A stretch of DNA of 64,000 nt, from assembly GCA_951804945.1 (NCBI GenBank), contig OX638152.1, forward strand, positions 43,276,001 through 43,340,000. The letters are read 5' to 3'. Both the position numbers and the translations under genes were made by a program. The DNA comes from Podarcis cretensis. Taxonomy: Eukaryota. This document shows positions 60,822 through 64,000 of this stretch, in pieces (the first letter of the stretch is position 1; each line of letters starts with the position of its first letter). Below the pieces are notes generated by a model. The model was not told the origin of the DNA, made no database searches, and worked only from the letters and a program-made list of their open reading frames with translations.

Positions 60822-61724
60822 GCCCAGGACTGTATATTGTCTCCCTGCTTATTTAACTTATATGCAGAATTCATCATGCGAAAGGCTGGGCTGGATGAAT
60901 CCCAAGCCAGAATTAAGATTGCCGGAAGAAATATCAACAACCTCAGATATGCAGATGACACAACTTTTATGGCAGAAAGTGACGAGGAAATAAAGAACCT
61001 CTTAATGAGGGTGAAAGAAGAAAGCGCAAAATATTGTCTGAAGCTCAACATCAAAAAAACTAAGATCATGGCCACTGGGCCCATCACCTCCTGGCAAATA
61101 GAAGGGGGAAGAAATGGAGGCAGTGAGAGATTTTACTTTCTTGGGCTCCATGATCACTGCAGATGGTGACAGCAGTCAGGAAATTAAAAGACGCCTGCTT
61201 CTTGGGAGAAAAGCGATGAGAAACCTTGACAGTATCTTAAAAAGCAGAGACATCACTATGCCGACAAAGGTCCATATAGTTAAAGCTATGATTTTCCCAG
61301 TAGTGATGTATGTAAGTGAGAGCTGGACCATAAAGAAGGCTGAATTGATGCTTTTGGATTATGGTGCTGGAGGAGACTCTTGAGAGTCCCATGGACTGCA
61401 AGAAGATCAAACCTATCCATTCTGAAGGAAATCAGCCCTGCTCACTGGAAGGACAGTTCCTGAAGCTGAGGCTCCAATACTTTGGCCACCTCATGAGAAG
61501 AGAAGACTCCCTAGAAAAGACCCTGGTGCTGGGAAAGATGGAGGGCACAAAGAGAAGGAGACGACAGAGGACGAGATGGTTGGGCAGTGTTCTCAAAGCC
61601 ACCAACATGAGTTTGACCAAACTGTGGGAGGCAGTAGAAGACAAGAGTGCCTGGCATGCTCTGGTCCATGGGGTCACGAAGAGTTGGACATGACTAAATG
61701 ACTAAACAACAACAACAACAACCA
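60822..61724 (+). mobile_element. BovB/RTE LINE fragment with RT motifs
   Basis: Encodes SPCLFNLYAEFIMRKAGL...GRNINNLRYADDTT...LKLNIKKTKIM and EIKRRLLLGRKAM; (CAA)n tail; frameshifted. Confidence 0.95.
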
Positions 61725-62820
61725 ACAGAACCTTCTGGGCCCAGAACACTATTTGCATCCAATCTTCTCCTCAGTGGGGTGTGATCCTTGCCCAAATGAC
61801 AGCCACCTTGAGTTATCCCCTTTGGAGCTCTGGGCTCCCACAATAATAATAATCTCCCTCCCTTCCACTCATATGCCCCATTTGCAACCCTAGTTTTGTC
61901 CATATTCATATAACCAGACTAATGCAATTCTTTCATATTAACGTTGATTTTTATCCATGCAACATGCTAGGAAATGAATATTATGAGTAATTCCATTCAA
62001 CTTTACTGGGAATTTTTTTATACAGACCCCATAGGATTAAGTTCAAATAAATTTCAGTATGCTCTCAGTACTAACTCAGCTCATTAAATTCAATTGTGAC
62101 TGCCTTGCTCTAGATCAGAGAAGAGAAAACCTTCCCTGTGCAGAATGTCTGGTGCAATCCTACATTTGCAGCGTGACAGTAGTCATGCGGAATGCATATA
62201 ATTCTCTTGGAAAAAATTGGGAGGGACCTATCAAATGTGGAACCAGAACTGTATAGGTAATTGCAGTGACAATATCTGTGAGTTATCAGTCGATATGAAT
62301 GACACTTTTTAAGTGTTTGAATTCAATACAGGATGCAGCAGAAATGGTTAGCTCAAAAACTCAAGTAGCATGCGAGGTTTTCTGCTTGTGGAAAAGCCCT
62401 ATCTTCTCTCAAACAAAGCTCTTCCAATTGGTGGCAATGACTATTCTTGTGCCTTATGCTTCTACAGGTAGTATCATGTCTTCCAAAAGCCTGGACCCAC
62501 TAAGGGCTTACCGGTATATTGTAGATGGAAACTTATTCATGTTCGTCCTGCTACAATTAGTACTTTTGATCAACCGTGCATCTCAGAATCCGTTGCTGAT
62601 TGGTGGATACATAACACTGCTTTTTTAGGATGATACGTATGCCTGAAATGTATTAATGACTTCAAAGTAGGGTGAATGTTTATCTGATCTTATATCTTAT
62701 ATTTGGTTTTATCAGATGCTATGTTTATTACAATGCCTTTTCAATGTGAGTCTCTGAATTTTTTTTAAAACAGCAACATTTAAAAGCAAAAGGTTATAAA
62801 ATGCAACTTATTCCCATAGG

Positions 62821-62976
62821 CAGTGGCGTAGCGTGGGGTCGGCTGCACCGGGCGCAACATCTGGGGGTTAGGGTTAGGGGGCGCAAATCCACGGGTTAGG
62901 GGGCGCAAATCCATGGGTTAGGGGGCGCAAATTACTTGCCTTGCCCCGGGTGCTGACAGCCCACGCTACGCCACTA
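62821..62976. mobile_element. hAT MITE with internal TTAGGG-containing tandem repeat
   Basis: TIR CAGTGGCGTAGCGTGGG / CCCACGCTACGCCACTA, 8-bp TSD CCCATAGG (62813-62820, 62977-62984). Confidence 0.9.
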
Positions 62977-64000
62977 CCCATAGGACCTTAAAACAACACA
63001 TCTTTCATGTATTTTCCAAGTCTGACTAGTCTCAGTAAACACTCAGTACTTCCTATCATGCAGAGTAGTATGTTTGAAGCCTTGTTCATGAAATAACATC
63101 TGTTTACAGATTTCTTCATATAATCCAAAAATTAAGAACCAAATCTCATTTCTATAGTTTTTGATTTTAATTTACATATATAACTTTTGGATTTTTGGGG
63201 TGTTTTTTTGGTAATATTTTGCTTTTTCAACCTTTTGCTTTGTGCGGTGGGGATCTCTGTGTGATTTGAGTGTTTGTTTTTTGGCTTTTGGGGCAGGTGT
63301 TCATACGGTTGGATAGCACTGAGGAGGTTTCCGCAACTATCATATGAGCAGAAATTGGGGTAAAAAGACTCCCTCCTGCAGCCTTATCCAATATTGTTCC
63401 TTCACAAAAGCCTGCTTTAAAAGAACCTGGAAAAAAATTGGGTCTCTGGTTTCCCCTCATTAATTGGGTGTCTGTTGCATTTGGGTGGGGAGGAAGGAGG
63501 TTCCTAAGTGATCAGGCAACTTGGCCAGGCAAAGCACATTAAAATGGATAAAGGGATTTCCTGACAGTATAAATACCTGCACACGACTTCCCTGTGCACC
63601 ATAACCCATGTTATGTATATATGCAAGGGAAAGTGGTACAATCGAATCCGGACTGCTGGGAACTGCATAGGGTAGACTTGGGAGAAAAGCAAGGCAAGGC
63701 ATCTCTTCGTTCTTCCTTTTCTGTTTGCTTGTGGGAATGAGTTGTCAAGCCTTTCCTTCAGCTGACACCTTCATCCCTTTGAATTCAGACTCGTCACCCT
63801 CTCTGCCTCTGATAATGCATCACAGTGCTGCAGAGTGCTTACCCGTCTCCAATCATGCCACCAATGTGGTCTCAACAGGTACTTTTTTTATTCTATCAGT
63901 GTTGCTCTTCTCAATGTCCCATGCCTTGGCTTCTTTCATATGCTACGCAAGCCCTTGAAGGGAAAACTTTTTAAAGAGATTAGGTTCTCTGAGCAAATGA

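Overview
Vertebrate genomic DNA, almost certainly a squamate reptile and most like a lacertid lizard, judged from its Sauria SINEs, BovB/RTE, L2, CR1, L1, Penelope and hAT/mariner MITE content. I cannot support any host protein-coding gene; the window reads as repeat-rich intergenic or intronic DNA with AT-rich unique blocks that may be conserved non-coding elements. It has three N gaps (11074-11270, 48561-48725, 48863-49008). Every recognisable long ORF is transposon-derived. Main observations: (1) two solo LTRs from different families (38064-38518, 50328-51153), and probably a third (from 22372), carry a reading frame that opens at the LTR edge. The two complete ones encode an acidic Ser/Glu/Gly-rich region and share an Arg-rich motif R-x4-R-x-E-x-R-x-R-hydrophobic-x3-[RK]-[IL]-L-x-W, conserved at the protein level through different codons: a candidate undescribed LTR-encoded accessory protein. 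(2) A complete 1.65 kb non-autonomous L1-like element contains a perfect 30-bp hairpin. (3) A 7SK RNA copy lies between two gaps. (4) A Penelope element with a hammerhead ribozyme core carries two nested, inverted Sauria SINEs. Family names come from recognition of motifs, not from database searches.
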